Sequence record: SDFZ01000009.1
Direction: 5' to 3' (one strand)
Length of the DNA stretch: 32,000 bases
A model generated the notes under the pieces. It did no database searches. It was not told where the DNA came from and saw only the letters and a list, made by a program, of their open reading frames with translations. Made by a program: the position numbers and the translations under genes. Positions 31,482-32,000 of the stretch are shown here, one piece after another; the first letter of the stretch is position 1; every line of letters starts with the position of its first letter.

Positions 31482-32000
31482 CAACCCATTGGTATAACGA
31501 ACAGGTAGTACCTCAATTGCAGCAAAAATTTGGTTATAAAAATGTGCATCAAATTCCTAAATTGCGTTCTATTCATTTGAATAGGTGCTTGGGTGCTGTG
31601 TCTCAAAAAATCTTAAATAGTTGTAGTGAAGAACTAGCCATCATTAGTGGACAAAAACCCAAATTAACTTATTCAAAAAAAGCCATAGCTGCTTTTCAAT
31701 TACGCAAAGGCATGCCTATAGGCATGACAGTGACTTTACGACGCCAAAGAATGTACGATTTTTTAACCAAATTGATTCATTTGGTCTTACCTAGATTAAA
31801 AGATTTTAGAGGATTGAATCCTACTAGTTTTGATGGAAAAGGCAATTATAACTTAGGTCTGCCTGATCAGTTAGCTTTTGCAGAATTGGCCTATGATCAA
31901 ATTGATCAATTTCGTGGTTTAGATGTATGTATTGTTACAACAGCACAAACTGACGCAGAGGCAAGAGCATTATTAGAAGGTTTAGGTATGCGTTTTAGGG
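31469..32000 (+). CDS. rpl5: 50S ribosomal protein L5, 5' portion (runs off the window end)
   Basis: Hand translation from ATG 31469 gives MERITTHWYNEQVVPQLQQKFGYKNVHQIPKLRSIHLNRCLG..ISGQKPKLTYSKKAIAAFQLRKGMPIGMTVTLRRQRMYDFL..DGKGNYNLGL... The frame stays open to base 32000. It overlaps the rpl24 end by 13 nt. Confidence 0.93.
   Translation, partial: MERITTHWYNEQVVPQLQQKFGYKNVHQIPKLRSIHLNRCLGAVSQKILNSCSEELAIISGQKPKLTYSKKAIAAFQLRKGMPIGMTVTLRRQRMYDFLTKLIHLVLPRLKDFRGLNPTSFDGKGNYNLGLPDQLAFAELAYDQIDQFRGLDVCIVTTAQTDAEARALLEGLGMRFR

Overview
The window is a very gene-dense stretch of a red-algal plastid genome. I infer a Cyanidiophyceae type (Cyanidioschyzon/Cyanidium-like) from two things: the gene content (hisH, hupA, ycf26, argB, preA, pdhA/pdhB, accB, acpP, ilvB and apcE/A/B alongside psa/psb/pet genes) and extreme compaction with many overlapping genes. 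I can support 50 protein genes (3 hypothetical) and 6 tRNAs. Thirteen small or broken genes are absent from the ORF track and were found by hand translation: psbT, psbN, psbH, psaE, petG, psbK, petM, petN, rpl35, rpl29, the partial rpl5 and two tiny membrane ORFs. I saw no rRNA, CRISPR array, mobile element, intron or long repeat. I did not find a convincing novel multi-gene system, and almost every base is explained by canonical plastid genes. Five observations deserve a second look. (1) Eleven small indels, nearly all in short homopolymers, break ilvB, psbB, psbH and psaE. All lie in the first 3.4 kb and none is detectable in the remaining 28.6 kb, so a local sequence-quality problem is the most likely cause. 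(2) Three protein genes have their stop codon inside the 5' end of a downstream same-strand tRNA gene, and one more overlaps a tRNA in antisense. (3) The divergent preA and pdhA start codons abut with zero intergenic DNA. (4) Three convergent gene junctions share palindromic hairpins that contain or touch the stop codons. The apcB terminator hairpin also contains the first ATG of the ycf26 sensor-kinase ORF. (5) Three unassigned small ORFs (46, 53 and 60 aa) and systematically shortened ribosomal proteins.
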